Of a DNA stretch of 64,000 bases, positions 8,928-19,300 are shown in pieces; positions within the stretch are counted from its first letter, which is position 1, and each line of letters begins with the position of its first letter. The stretch lies in NCBI GenBank assembly GCA_043719155.1, contig JAYSUJ010000024.1, positions 3,424-67,423 on the forward strand. Direction: 5' to 3'. Under the pieces are notes generated by a model that saw only the letters and a program-made list of their open reading frames with translations, did no database searches and was not told the origin of the DNA. The stretch comes from a bacterium (GTDB taxonomy: Bacteria > Patescibacteriota > Minisyncoccia > Phycocordibacterales > UBA5272). Both the position numbers and the translations under genes were made by a program.

Positions 8928-10118
8928 CTACTTTTCTGCAGTAATACCTTCTATTTCCTCCTTTAATTTAGCAACCAAGGCTTCCATGTCGAGTTTTTGT
9001 ATGTACAGTTTATTCAAATTTTCAATAAGTTTTAGGACCAAATCTTTTCCAGCTATTTTTTCAGCACCTGAAGCGTCCCTTGACAAAGCCCCTGTGGAAC
9101 TATTCACTACAAAAAAATCATTGTTTGGTACGCCGTCGATGTACATTTCACTAGTTTTGGCTATTCTCCAAAAAGCATCACAGTTGCCGACCAAGATTTC
9201 CATTTTCCCGTTTTTATTTACAACTTTAAAGTCGATAATCAACCTCATACTTGCGGGTCTGTCGAAAAGTTCTGTATTTTTAGTTGCATCTGGTGGTGCG
9301 GATCGTATCAACTCTTCGACAACCAAATCCTCAATATCCACTTCTCTACCCCAAAGTCTGGAGTAGTGAGTAGTGATTTCCAATATTTTATTTCTCAGTC
9401 TAAATTCCAAAACATCTAACATAAAAACCTTATCTTCCTCGGTATCTGAAAATAACTCACCTTCATCACGTTTTATGTCTGGGAAAATATGTATACCTTC
9501 ACCTCTGGCTCCGTCCACTGGTTTTACTATCCAAAACCCAGATTCAGGTACAGTTTTTAAATTTAATTTACCAAAAGGTCCGACCAATTTTCTAGCAGAA
9601 TTTTCCAGAGGTGTAAACTTGGGATGATTGAGCTTGTTATCACAAAGGTCACGAATATAGGGTGGATTGGGATTGGCATGAAGCGGGTATGCAGCCTTGT
9701 CTAAAATATCACGGACATACTTTTGAACTCTAGGGAAAGCCTCTTCTGAAAAACCTGTCTCCATGTGACGCATTTCATATCTAGTAACAGGTTTGCCAGC
9801 GAGTTTTAAAGTTTCATCAAAAGCTCTGGCTTTATCTAAAACATCTGGGTAATCAGGGTTGTTACGCCCCCTTATCCTTGCTTTTATCCTATCAGCATAA
9901 CTCACCATGCCTTTAGGAATTTTTTCTTTACCAAAACCAGACGTTGAACCATTGGTTTCCACTATCCACCAATGACCGTACTGATCCATAAACATATCTA
10001 CACCTAGAGTGCCTACCCATTCTAAGTCATTTGCCTTCGTCTCTACTTTAGCTTTAAACTCACCCAGTAATTTACTGAACTGAGACTCTCCTGGCTTTGG
10101 CTCTTTTCCAATCATCAC
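8928..10118 (-). CDS. Hypothetical protein with an ATP-grasp-like (TTL-like) segment
   Basis: FWIVKPVDGARGEGIHIF resembles the ATP-grasp/TTL KP..G.RG.GI motif, and WWIVETNGS is a possible E.N metal site, though in atypical order. Overlaps the rluA-like gene by 4 nt, ATGA. Confidence 0.3.
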   Translation of the reverse strand: MMIGKEPKPGESQFSKLLGEFKAKVETKANDLEWVGTLGVDMFMDQYGHWWIVETNGSTSGFGKEKIPKGMVSYADRIKARIRGRNNPDYPDVLDKARAFDETLKLAGKPVTRYEMRHMETGFSEEAFPRVQKYVRDILDKAAYPLHANPNPPYIRDLCDNKLNHPKFTPLENSARKLVGPFGKLNLKTVPESGFWIVKPVDGARGEGIHIFPDIKRDEGELFSDTEEDKVFMLDVLEFRLRNKILEITTHYSRLWGREVDIEDLVVEELIRSAPPDATKNTELFDRPASMRLIIDFKVVNKNGKMEILVGNCDAFWRIAKTSEMYIDGVPNNDFFVVNSSTGALSRDASGAEKIAGKDLVLKLIENLNKLYIQKLDMEALVAKLKEEIEGITAEK

Positions 10119-10930
10119 CCAAGTTTATCACATTCTATTTTTATAATTAGACCTATATGTGGATGCAAAAATTCTAAACTTTTAGCATGCAACATTAATC
10201 TGTTTTCAGTATTTACTTTGACTACCCCAGTCTCCAGATTCAACAGTAGGGACTCTATTTGTTTTGTAGAGTGTTCATTTGCAATTCCATTAACTCCATA
10301 TTTTGTATCTCCAACAATAGGATGTCCTATGAATCTACAGTGCAAGCGTAATTGATGTGTGCGACCAGTTTTAGGATACATTTTTAATGTTGAAGTATTT
10401 TCTTTTTCGTCATAATTTAAAATTTCAAAATTGGTTTCGGCAACTCGCTTGGTATTTCTACCGCCCTCTTCCCCAGTAAAACCACAAACCCAAATACGCG
10501 GATCTTTTTTATGTCTAGAAATTGGCTCCGAAATTTCATAAAAATTTTTTAACTCTGTTTTAAAAATTTTTTTTTCACTTATTAACTTTTGTAAATTTAT
10601 TTCTCCCCAGACTTTAACAATGTACTCTTTTAAGATAGTTCTATCCAAAAATTGTTTTTGCAGATTTTCAAAAACCTCTTGATTTTTGGCGACCAAAATA
10701 ACCCCACTAGTTTCCCTGTCTAATCTGTTCAAAATCCCCCATCTTTTTTCGTAACGACCACTGTCGAGCGTGTGTGGGTTACCTACGTCTTCCAAGTTTG
10801 GAAATTTATTTTTTATAAAATCTGACAGAGTGGCTTCTGTCGTGCGACCATCAGCATGCACTACCAAACCAGCAGGTTTGTCGACTGCAAACAAAAATGC
10901 GTCTTCAAAAATTATTTTTACGTCTGGCAT
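10115..10930 (-). CDS. RluA-family pseudouridine synthase
   Basis: LVVHADG...HRLDRETSGVILVAKN is the RluA catalytic motif HRLDxxTSG. Confidence 0.8.
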   Translation of the reverse strand: MPDVKIIFEDAFLFAVDKPAGLVVHADGRTTEATLSDFIKNKFPNLEDVGNPHTLDSGRYEKRWGILNRLDRETSGVILVAKNQEVFENLQKQFLDRTILKEYIVKVWGEINLQKLISEKKIFKTELKNFYEISEPISRHKKDPRIWVCGFTGEEGGRNTKRVAETNFEILNYDEKENTSTLKMYPKTGRTHQLRLHCRFIGHPIVGDTKYGVNGIANEHSTKQIESLLLNLETGVVKVNTENRLMLHAKSLEFLHPHIGLIIKIECDKLG

Positions 10931-10950
10931 TTGTTAACAATTATAGCAAA

Positions 10951-12144
10951 TTATCCAAATAAAAAACTCCAAAAACTAGGAACAGACAAATCTAAGTCTT
11001 CTGGTAAGGTAAAAAACATGTTCCCTGCAAAATCTCTTTCTAGCTTTTGCCTACATCGGATATTATTTACAAAGGCAAAATCTGAACAGAGAGTTTTAGT
11101 TAAGTCTTTTTTTTCAAATTTTTCTTCATTTCTTAAAATATCATAGCTCAGTGAATACAGACAATGTACCTTGTACTCTAAACTGCTTTGATTCATACAA
11201 AACTTACGAGAAATAACAATTGGGGTCTTTCCCTTTTTACCAAAAATTTCCATAATAAATCTTCTATTACAAGCAAAGTGCTTTTTATCATCCCTATACA
11301 AGTTACAAAAATCTGAAATTTTCTGATAATTTTTTGCTAAAAAATTTGCGGAGCGGCTATTCACAAGCAAACAAGAATACTCTGCCAAGTCAGAGTTGTC
11401 CTGATATTTTTTACAATAATCTATACTAACTTTTTCTTTTAAATCGTCTACCACTTGAAAGTAGTCCATGAAAATTCCTGTGTGACAGGATAATAATTTA
11501 TCTCTGCTTTTAGAAATAATTTCACATGTTTTGATGGCCTCTGGTATGTCTTTGCTGTTTTGAAAAACAAAATGCCCCAACTCATGCATACCACTTATGT
11601 AAATGTTTCGCTTACCATTAAGTTCTCCCGTTTGAAATTGTTGAGCTAATTTTTCTATTAACTCATTTTGAAGCTTAGAACTTTCTATACCATTACCGAT
11701 AATGCCGTGTACATAACCATTGGCACAGATAAAACTAAAGTTATTTTTGTATGGGTCATACTCTAAGCTTTTGCTAGGACTTTTATTTACCAAATTGGCT
11801 TGATAGCCAATTTCATGTGATACAGAGTGACACGAAGCTTCGGTTATCTCGTGACTATCAAGTAAATAATTTAAATCTGTAAATAGATTGTCAAAAAAAA
11901 CTTGGTCAAATTTTTTAATAGCAATTTGCTTTTTGACCAGTTTTTTGGCACAATTTGTAAATTCCAAATTTGATAATTTACAGGCTTTGAAAAAGTTATT
12001 TGATAGATCTGCTTCTTTTAATTTTTCATCGACAACCTCTTCAATTTCAAAATCATTCACATTTGTATAAAAATTAACAGGCATAACAAAAAGGAAAAGG
12101 AAAGAGGTAAAGTAAAAAACAAAAACTAAAATCCAAAATTTCAT
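10951..12144 (-). CDS. Membrane-anchored hypothetical protein with an HExxH (zincin-like) motif
   Basis: GMHELGHFVF. Start re-assigned to the internal Met at 12144, because the first 21 codons of the tracked ORF are encoded by the vWA terminator hairpin. Confidence 0.35.
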   Translation of the reverse strand: MKFWILVFVFYFTSFLFLFVMPVNFYTNVNDFEIEEVVDEKLKEADLSNNFFKACKLSNLEFTNCAKKLVKKQIAIKKFDQVFFDNLFTDLNYLLDSHEITEASCHSVSHEIGYQANLVNKSPSKSLEYDPYKNNFSFICANGYVHGIIGNGIESSKLQNELIEKLAQQFQTGELNGKRNIYISGMHELGHFVFQNSKDIPEAIKTCEIISKSRDKLLSCHTGIFMDYFQVVDDLKEKVSIDYCKKYQDNSDLAEYSCLLVNSRSANFLAKNYQKISDFCNLYRDDKKHFACNRRFIMEIFGKKGKTPIVISRKFCMNQSSLEYKVHCLYSLSYDILRNEEKFEKKDLTKTLCSDFAFVNNIRCRQKLERDFAGNMFFTLPEDLDLSVPSFWSFLFG

Positions 12145-12164
12145 AATTTTATTTAGTTTAGCAT

Positions 12165-12204
12165 AATAAAAAAGTGGCCAGTTTCGCGAAGCGAAACTGG
12201 CCAC
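12165..12204 (-). terminator. Strong GC-rich intrinsic terminator of the vWA gene
   Basis: Perfect 14-bp stem gtggccagtttcgc-gaa-gcgaaactggccac, followed on the minus strand by a T-run. Confidence 0.7.
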
Positions 12205-12231
12205 CACTGACCCAACTTTAGCCCTTAAGCT

Positions 12232-13329
12232 TTAGTCGATGTCAAAATCGAACCCACCACCACTGTCGTTGCTTCCGCTGTCGGACGAGCCACCACCCCA
12301 AGAAGGAGTGCTGTCTTCGCTCGAGCTGTGCGAAGGTTGGGTGTAAGAACTATCAGCATCACTGCTGTCGTCACCACTGTTGCCATCCTGGAGAGCTTCC
12401 AGGTCGTCCTCATCATGGACGTCGCCGTCGGTTTCGAAACCGCCAGTCTGCTCGCCGTTGGCGTCCAATGAGCCCTTGGTAGGGTCAAAGTCCGCTGGCA
12501 AGAGAGCGATCTCCTGCTGGAGATCGGCAGGCAACGAGAACATGTCCGGGAGGGGTTCATCGAATCCGGACACATCCTCTTGGACAGCTTGTTCCCAGGT
12601 CTTGGAAACACCGTCCACACCCATGGCTTCGTTGCGGTCAGCTTCAGAGAAGCCGAGCGACGAAGCTTGGGCAGAGCCAGGCGCAAGAAGGTGATAAGCC
12701 AACCCGAGCCCAGCGGCGGCAACGAAGGCCATGGCTACAGGGTTGCTTCCGCCACCCTTGCCTTTGCCGAACCAGCTCGACTTTGCAGCCGGCTGATTGT
12801 TGCCTTGAACATGCACGTTCATCACGCGCTCCTTGGGGATACCCATCGGCTCAGCCTGTTGCCAGGCGTCGATGTTGGCCCCGAGGTAAATCACGATAGT
12901 TCCGGCTTTCTGTTTGCGCTCCACCAGGGCGCGCAAGGCAGAAAGCTGACTAAACTCGCCTTTCGAGGCGTTTTCGATACCGTCGGTAAAGAGCACCACG
13001 ACATAGTCGGTGTCCTGCTCGATGTTATCGTTCAGGGCAGCCGCCAAGTTGTCGTAGAGCGGAGTCAATGCCCGAGGCACGTACTCTTCGTATTTGAGGT
13101 CAGCGATCTCGCCACCGAGTCCTTGACGAAGGACATCGGTCCCCATGCTGTCAAAAGTGACGAGCCGGAGGTAGGCGGTCTTGCCACGGGAATCATTGCG
13201 CATCCGGCCGAGGTAGGCATTGCTGCCTTCCACCACCCTGCGCCGCCACGAATACATGGAGCCGGACTTGTCCGCGACAAAGCGAACTTCAAGCTTACGC
13301 TTCGCTGCTTTCGCTACGATTTGAGCCAT
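12232..13329 (-). CDS. von Willebrand factor A (vWA) domain protein with a TM segment and an acidic Ser/Asp/Gly-rich disordered tail; GC-rich foreign patch
   Basis: MIDAS motif FVADKSGSM...LFTDG. TM-like VAMAFVAAAGLGLAYHLL. C-terminus ...DSSDADSS...GGGSSDSGSNDSGGGFDFDID. Codon usage and GC are conspicuously unlike the flanks. Confidence 0.7.
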   Translation of the reverse strand: MAQIVAKAAKRKLEVRFVADKSGSMYSWRRRVVEGSNAYLGRMRNDSRGKTAYLRLVTFDSMGTDVLRQGLGGEIADLKYEEYVPRALTPLYDNLAAALNDNIEQDTDYVVVLFTDGIENASKGEFSQLSALRALVERKQKAGTIVIYLGANIDAWQQAEPMGIPKERVMNVHVQGNNQPAAKSSWFGKGKGGGSNPVAMAFVAAAGLGLAYHLLAPGSAQASSLGFSEADRNEAMGVDGVSKTWEQAVQEDVSGFDEPLPDMFSLPADLQQEIALLPADFDPTKGSLDANGEQTGGFETDGDVHDEDDLEALQDGNSGDDSSDADSSYTQPSHSSSEDSTPSWGGGSSDSGSNDSGGGFDFDID

Positions 13330-13440
13330 TTTTTTCCCTTTCTGAGGGGGTTAATCCTGAGCCTATTTCTCAGGATTTTTATATTATACAATATAAATTG
13401 TAATTTGTAAAAAAATACTTTAAAATAGTTTTTTTTTACT

Positions 13441-14466
13441 TTGTGGGTTATAATAAGTATTACAAAATTCATGTCCCAAAAAACTAATAGTTCTGTAATT
13501 TACGCCTTTTCCGGTAATTTATTCATAACTTTTTTGAAAACTTTAGGCTTCTTCATTTCTCTTTCTCCGTCACTCTTTAGTGAAGCTATTCACTCTCTGG
13601 CCGACACTGCCAACCAAGGTTTGTTATGGATAGGAGCAAAACGTTCCAGAAAAAAAGCTGACCTCAAACATGTTTATGGTTATGGTGCTGAGAAATTTTT
13701 CTGGGCTACAGTTTCAGCTTGTGGCATTTTCTTTTTGGGAGCAGGCATAACCATTTACCATGGTGTAGAATCTTTTTTACACCCAACAAGCTCAACCACA
13801 TCAGCTTGGGTTTACATAATTTTATTTGTTTCGTTTGTCGTAGAAGCCTTCACGCTTTATAAAGCCTATCAAGAAATATCTCAAGTTGGTGAAGATACTT
13901 TTCTAGAAAATTTAAAATACGCAGACCCTATTTCTATAGCTGTTTTTTACGAAGACACAGTTGCGGTACTGGGTATTATCGTAGCAACACTGTCAATTTA
14001 CCTAGCTAAAATTACAGGTAATCACTTATTTGATGCATTTGGGTCTATCATTATCGGTTGTCTTTTAGCCATAGTTGCGGTTTTACTTTTAAACATGAAT
14101 CGTCAATATCTACTTGGTCGTTCTGCTCCAACAGAAATTGAAGAAGGCATAAAAAAACTTTTACTTTCTGATAAACATGTAGAAAAAGTTTTAGATTTTA
14201 AATCTGAAGTTTTAGATATTGGAAAATATTTAATCAAGTGCGAAATAGAATTCAACGGCTATGCACTTGTTGGAGAAATATTTAAAACTGAGGACATGGA
14301 AGAAATATTTGAAGACGTGAAAGATGACTTCCAAGAATTCCAAAAATTTGTTATTTACCAAACAAATCAAGTTCCTAGAATGGTAGGCAGAGTTATAGAT
14401 GCATTAGAAAAAGAAATTAAACACAAATTTCCAAGTGTAGAACATATAGATTTAGAAATTAATTAG
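13441..14466 (+). CDS. Cation diffusion facilitator (CDF) family metal transporter
   Basis: Six-TM N-terminal domain with HSLADT... plus a cytoplasmic C-terminal domain, the typical CDF architecture. Confidence 0.65.
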   Translation: MWVIISITKFMSQKTNSSVIYAFSGNLFITFLKTLGFFISLSPSLFSEAIHSLADTANQGLLWIGAKRSRKKADLKHVYGYGAEKFFWATVSACGIFFLGAGITIYHGVESFLHPTSSTTSAWVYIILFVSFVVEAFTLYKAYQEISQVGEDTFLENLKYADPISIAVFYEDTVAVLGIIVATLSIYLAKITGNHLFDAFGSIIIGCLLAIVAVLLLNMNRQYLLGRSAPTEIEEGIKKLLLSDKHVEKVLDFKSEVLDIGKYLIKCEIEFNGYALVGEIFKTEDMEEIFEDVKDDFQEFQKFVIYQTNQVPRMVGRVIDALEKEIKHKFPSVEHIDLEIN

Positions 14467-14586
14467 CATATACTCTACATATGTCAGAAAAAATTATCTG
14501 GACCCCAGAGGAAGAGGAGCTTATATTGAAAACCTATCTATAAATTACCCGTCTACTTATATTCCATCATTTAATATATAATCGTA

Positions 14587-14979
14587 TTGTCCAATACGAA
14601 ACCAATGGAGAGAAACATGAGTACCATCCAAGCTTTCATTTTCCGCTTACCAGAAGAGGTTGAGGAAAGACTGAATACTGCCCTTCTGATTTGTGGAATT
14701 GCTGTAGATGAAAAACATAGACATGGAACTGGCCCACTTCACAGTGAAATTCCAGTTTCCAGCAGCTTTGTAACCGAACTATATCCAAAATCCAAGAACG
14801 GAAAGTTTAGTTCCCTGGTTCTAGTGGCAACAGTTGATGATTTGGAAAAAACAAAAACACTACTTGATCAAGCCTGTCTTTCACCCAAAAGTGAAGCATT
14901 GTACTTGCTTCTAGAAATAGAAGAAGAGTATTTGCAACTTCAAATCTGGGATAAGAAAGCTTGGGATAGCTTCAAATAA
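14587..14979 (+). CDS. Hypothetical protein
   Basis: 130-aa ORF with moderately higher GC, followed by a terminator. No recognisable motif. Confidence 0.3.
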   Translation: MSNTKPMERNMSTIQAFIFRLPEEVEERLNTALLICGIAVDEKHRHGTGPLHSEIPVSSSFVTELYPKSKNGKFSSLVLVATVDDLEKTKTLLDQACLSPKSEALYLLLEIEEEYLQLQIWDKKAWDSFK

Positions 14980-14986
14980 CCTAGAA

Positions 14987-15017
14987 CTGTTGACGTTCAT
15001 AGCGTCAGCAGTTTTTT
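14987..15017 (+). terminator. Intrinsic terminator
   Basis: ctgttgacg-ttcatag-cgtcagcag forms a 9-bp stem with one G.U pair, followed by tttttt. Confidence 0.6.
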
Positions 15018-15028
15018 CTTTAATTTAC

Positions 15029-15050
15029 TTGGGGTGCCCAATGGGAATTG
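15029..15050. repeat. 22-bp direct repeat, the att-like left boundary; duplicates the 3' end of tRNA-His
   Basis: ttggggtgcccaatgggaattg is identical to 33396-33417. Confidence 0.75.
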
Positions 15051-15443
15051 GTCACGCATAAAATTTGTATTCACAATTTTTTGCGCTACCCCGACTCACT
15101 CGTTTCGGCTCGCTTTGCTCACATCGAAACTTCGCTCCGTCTTTCAATTCCCCTAAAACATACAAACAATTTTAAAACCCCACAAAGGGGGTCTTAAAAT
15201 TGTCTGGGTATCTAACGGTCCAGGAAATGAACACCCTTATATTGGATTTCAACCGTATAGGGACTATATTATCTGGTATTTTTCAGAAAAGTAACAGTAG
15301 CAAACTTCAATAATGACCACTAATCTAAAATTGATTGTTGAGTCTTTTGGAATTAACGATTTCTCCGGTTTTTAACTTTAATTTTTTGTATTTTTCTTTC
15401 GTAAACTACATCTTATTTTCAATTAGATTTGTTGTTCTTTGGA

Positions 15444-15872
15444 TTATTTCAGCGACTCTTCAAAATTAGTTTTAATTTCTGGGTTAACTTTTCTCAATTC
15501 CAAAATAAAACCTTTCAAGTCTGAATCGACTAGAAAAAATGGATATATATCATATAAAAACCTACTGCCATCTTTTTTTCTCACTTCTATATCCTCTTTG
15601 AACAGAGCAGGTCTTTTTACAACCAATGATATATCTTGAATATTTATATTTCTCTTGAAGAAGACATAATCTCGTATCAAAAAGTTACTACTAATAATTA
15701 ACTTTATTTGATTAAAGTATAAATACAAGATTACAAATAATGCGATAAAATACAGTATGTTTGTATAGTCTACATCTGCACCAAAGAAAAAAGAAATTAA
15801 AGCGGGAAAGCAGACTATTGTGAATAGAACCATAAGTCTAATAATTAAAAAATTAAGTTTGTATACTTTCAT
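15444..15872 (-). CDS. Putative toxin immunity protein, a 2-TM membrane protein; paralog of the upstream gene
   Basis: 142 aa with two N-terminal TM helices plus a cytoplasmic domain. C-terminal GFILELRKVNPEIKTN parallels EFLEFVEELKKYNPDIKIN of the neighbour. Confidence 0.55.
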   Translation of the reverse strand: MKVYKLNFLIIRLMVLFTIVCFPALISFFFGADVDYTNILYFIALFVILYLYFNQIKLIISSNFLIRDYVFFKRNINIQDISLVVKRPALFKEDIEVRKKDGSRFLYDIYPFFLVDSDLKGFILELRKVNPEIKTNFEESLK

Positions 15873-15926
15873 ATTATTTATTTAAGAAGTTATTAGACTC
15901 TACCCAATACAACACATTTGGATTAC

Positions 15927-16388
15927 CTACCATATCATATACTTTGCAACCCAAGAACCCCAATTTACGTTAATTTTAATGTCTGGATTATATTTTTTGA
16001 GTTCTTCAACAAATTCCAGGAATTCATTTTTTGAAGAAAAATAATTTGAGATTTGAGGAATTAGTATTTTTCCATTTTTATCAACTAGATTTAGAAATAC
16101 AATTACTGGCAGGACTTTAATTTCAAAAGAGCCAATGTCTATTACTTCGACCAACCTATCCTTAAATCCCTTTTTCTTATAAATTATCAATCTATTTTCA
16201 ATATCAAATTGTAGGAAACTAAACTTTTGAATTACCCAAGTTAGTGACACTATAAACAAAAAGAAGCCCGAGAAATATTCAACGGCACTCTGAGATATAC
16301 TTAACATCCAAATTGAAAATATAAAACAAAGAAGATACAATGCCACAACTGAAAGCCTAATGGAAAACTTATTATTAAGTACCTTCAT
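15927..16388 (-). CDS. Putative toxin immunity protein, a 2-TM membrane protein, immediately downstream of the RHS toxin
   Basis: 153 aa. Starts 2 nt after the RHS stop codon and shares the same architecture as the 15444..15872 paralog. Confidence 0.55.
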   Translation of the reverse strand: MKVLNNKFSIRLSVVALYLLCFIFSIWMLSISQSAVEYFSGFFLFIVSLTWVIQKFSFLQFDIENRLIIYKKKGFKDRLVEVIDIGSFEIKVLPVIVFLNLVDKNGKILIPQISNYFSSKNEFLEFVEELKKYNPDIKINVNWGSWVAKYMIW

Positions 16389-16390
16389 AA

Positions 16391-19300
16391 TTATTTTTTA
16401 TTTGATTTAATTTCTTGTATTTGAAATAATCCCCAGTCTAAATAATTAACACTTCCTACATTTGTAATCTGGTTTGTTTTAATATTGTTTCCATTAAAGT
16501 AATTGTTCATTATTAGTCCAGGAATATTTTGTATTGTCTCTTTTCTAATTTCATTTTGTGTTGCTACGCTTGTGATTTGCGAAATTAATTTTTCTGCTGG
16601 TCTTCCTAGGGTTGGTCCAATTAATTTACCAGCAACTGCACCACCAAATGCTGTTGCAAAAGCATCGGTGGTAATACTATTAGTAGAAATATTTTTATCT
16701 AATAGTGAATTTCCAACAGTTGAATCTATAACAGCACTGCCAACTCCTCCACCAACTGAACCAACAATTAACACTCCAGTTGCACCAAGTCCAGCCGCAG
16801 TAGCACCAGCCGCAGTAGCCGCTGCTGCACCAACTACAGCCACCCCTTTCCCCCCAGAATACATATAATCACCAAATGTAGACAAACTTCCATTTTGATA
16901 ATCATTAATTCCTTGCACTGCAACACCTCCAATAAATCCAATTCCAACCCCAATACACATTGGGCATTTACCATCAGGGTCATATTTATGAATTGGGTCA
17001 TTTACTGCATAAGAATACCCATTTTGAAGTTGGGGATTTTCAAGAAATATTTTTTTGTCTTCTCCCTCATAATTCTTTGGGTCAGGAGAAATAAAGATTC
17101 CATAATTACTAGAATTATAACGAGCATTCATATAAATCAAATTATTTTCTTTGTCCATTTGTTGATTAGTATACCCTCTATTCCCATTCGTCACACCTTG
17201 TTTTTCAACATTCCCAAAGGCTTTGTAAGAGGACGTTGATATTTCTGTTCCAATAGTGAAATCTAAAATCTTTTCAATACTGTTCAAATGGTCCGTCACA
17301 ATAGTTTGTATGGCGAGAGTGGAAGTGGGAGTGTAAATAGTTGAGGTAGAAGTTACAATAGTTGGAACAGAAGTGGTGGAGGTAATCCAAGATACTGTAG
17401 TAGTGGATACATTTACATTGGTAGTGGTAGTTGCATATTTTAGATTCTTTAGAGTGAATAAGTAGGAATCTAAAATGTAATAGTTATCTATGCTTGGAGT
17501 AGAGGTAGCAATACTGGAATTAATGGAGAGGGTAATGTCAGGAGTTTTAGGAAGTAAAATAATTTGAGTAGACTGATTAAAGTATTTCATTGTGCCACTG
17601 GCAGTACCACCTATGGTAAATGTAATTCCTTTACTAATTACTCCAGTTCCCTCGGTGATACTAGTAGTGTAAGATTTGTTGTTCTTGGCTCCGGCGAAGT
17701 AGAGGGTTAGGGTTTGGGTGGCGGTGGTTAGGCCTGTTAATTTAATAATATGATTTGAAGAAGTTGCACCGTTTTTACCTACGAAGTAATTTATTGTATT
17801 TGGCGTAATGGTAGCCGAAGACATTATCATAGAAGTGGTGCCAATACCCTTAAACTCGTCCCATTGTAGAGAGTTAATAGTAGTTTCTCGTAAACCTACC
17901 CACAATGATTTAGATACTGTAGAAGTGGATACTTTGTAGGTGGGAACCGTAATTGTTGCAGTTGTGTAAACCGCTGTGGTTGTGGCTACTTGAATGTATT
18001 GAGTAGAAGTGGAAACTGTTTGCGAAATAATATCTTTCCAAATTCTGTCTATGTTTAATATCGGTTTATTTCCTAAAGTTATTTGATAACTTGTGGTTGA
18101 ACCGGTGTTTTGGATAGATTGGTTTGGGGTGAATAATCTACTTTTAATTGTGGAACTAGAAGTGGTAGCAGTTATTTGGTTATTGTTAATCACAAAACTC
18201 AAAACCCTATTTCCCTCTGTGTCATAATAGTATTTGGAAGTAGTAGAAATATTCCCATTTACTTTTTTAATCTCTTTTACTCTGTCCAAATTATTCCACA
18301 CAAAGTCACCAAGCATTGTAGAACTTGCCAATCTCCCTTTGTTATCCCAGTTTAAATTATCACTAATATTTTCTTTTGCAACTTTACTTGGTGTGTGTGC
18401 TAGAGTATTTGCATACTCATAGTTATTTCCAGTATTAGACAATATTTTCCCAGTTGGTGAATAACTAAAAGTTTCCTCTACTTTTTTCATAACTTTATCT
18501 TCTTTCTCTACTTGAGTTAATCGAGATAATTCGTCATAAGTATAAATTGTATTTTCAAAACGATTATCTTCATCACGCAAAATACTTTTAATACGAGAAA
18601 GTGTGTCATAAGAGTAAGAAGTATTTTGTGGAGATTTGAAGTCACCAGTAGTGAACATATTAATTGTTCCATCTTTAAGTAGATAATAATACTTGGCATT
18701 TTTCTTCAATTTATTTCCAACATATCTAATTTCTTTTTGATTTACAGTAAATGTATCTATGGTTGTGGAAGCAATATTAGAAGATGCCGCGATATTGATT
18801 TGTCCAAAGTTTGAAGAGTTGGAAACATTGAATATCGGGTCTGGACAATTTACTGAACCTAAATCTGTATTGGTAATTGATTTACAGAATACAGTGTTGG
18901 TATTTCTATCTAACTTGTCACTTGTTTTGTAACTACTTGTTGCATACTCTGACCAGTCACCATTTATGTCACGACTACGAGTAAAGATTTCATAATCTGT
19001 GTTGTAAGAGAATGGAAACTTATCTACTAAGTATGAGGTAGAGGCAATGGAAGTGGTTGCCACAGTTTCTAATTGAATGAAGTTAGAGGTTGAAGTTGAA
19101 TTAGTTTTAGCCCGCAAGTAAACTTCATTTTCTATGATTGCATCTTTTTCAATGTCAGTATTTGCAACTGAAATATTGGCAACTAATCCTTGCCCCTGTT
19201 TATTTATAACCAAACTTGAAATAACTGGCTTGGTATTCGAGGCATTGTATTGAAGAGTTAAACCGGCGTGTATTTTGTAAGCGTTCTCTGCTCCCGTATC

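Noticed and set aside
12380-13410. Plus-strand ORFs 12380..12694 and 12580..13410, and minus alternative frame 12225..12722, inside the vWA gene
   Set aside because: GC-rich DNA yields long spurious ORFs in all frames. Only the minus frame 12232..13329 has a coherent vWA/MIDAS domain.
16503-17239. Plus-strand ORFs 16503..16868 (Pro/Ala-rich) and 16895..17239
   Set aside because: Antisense of the Gly/Ala-rich RHS C-terminal domain, a compositional artefact.
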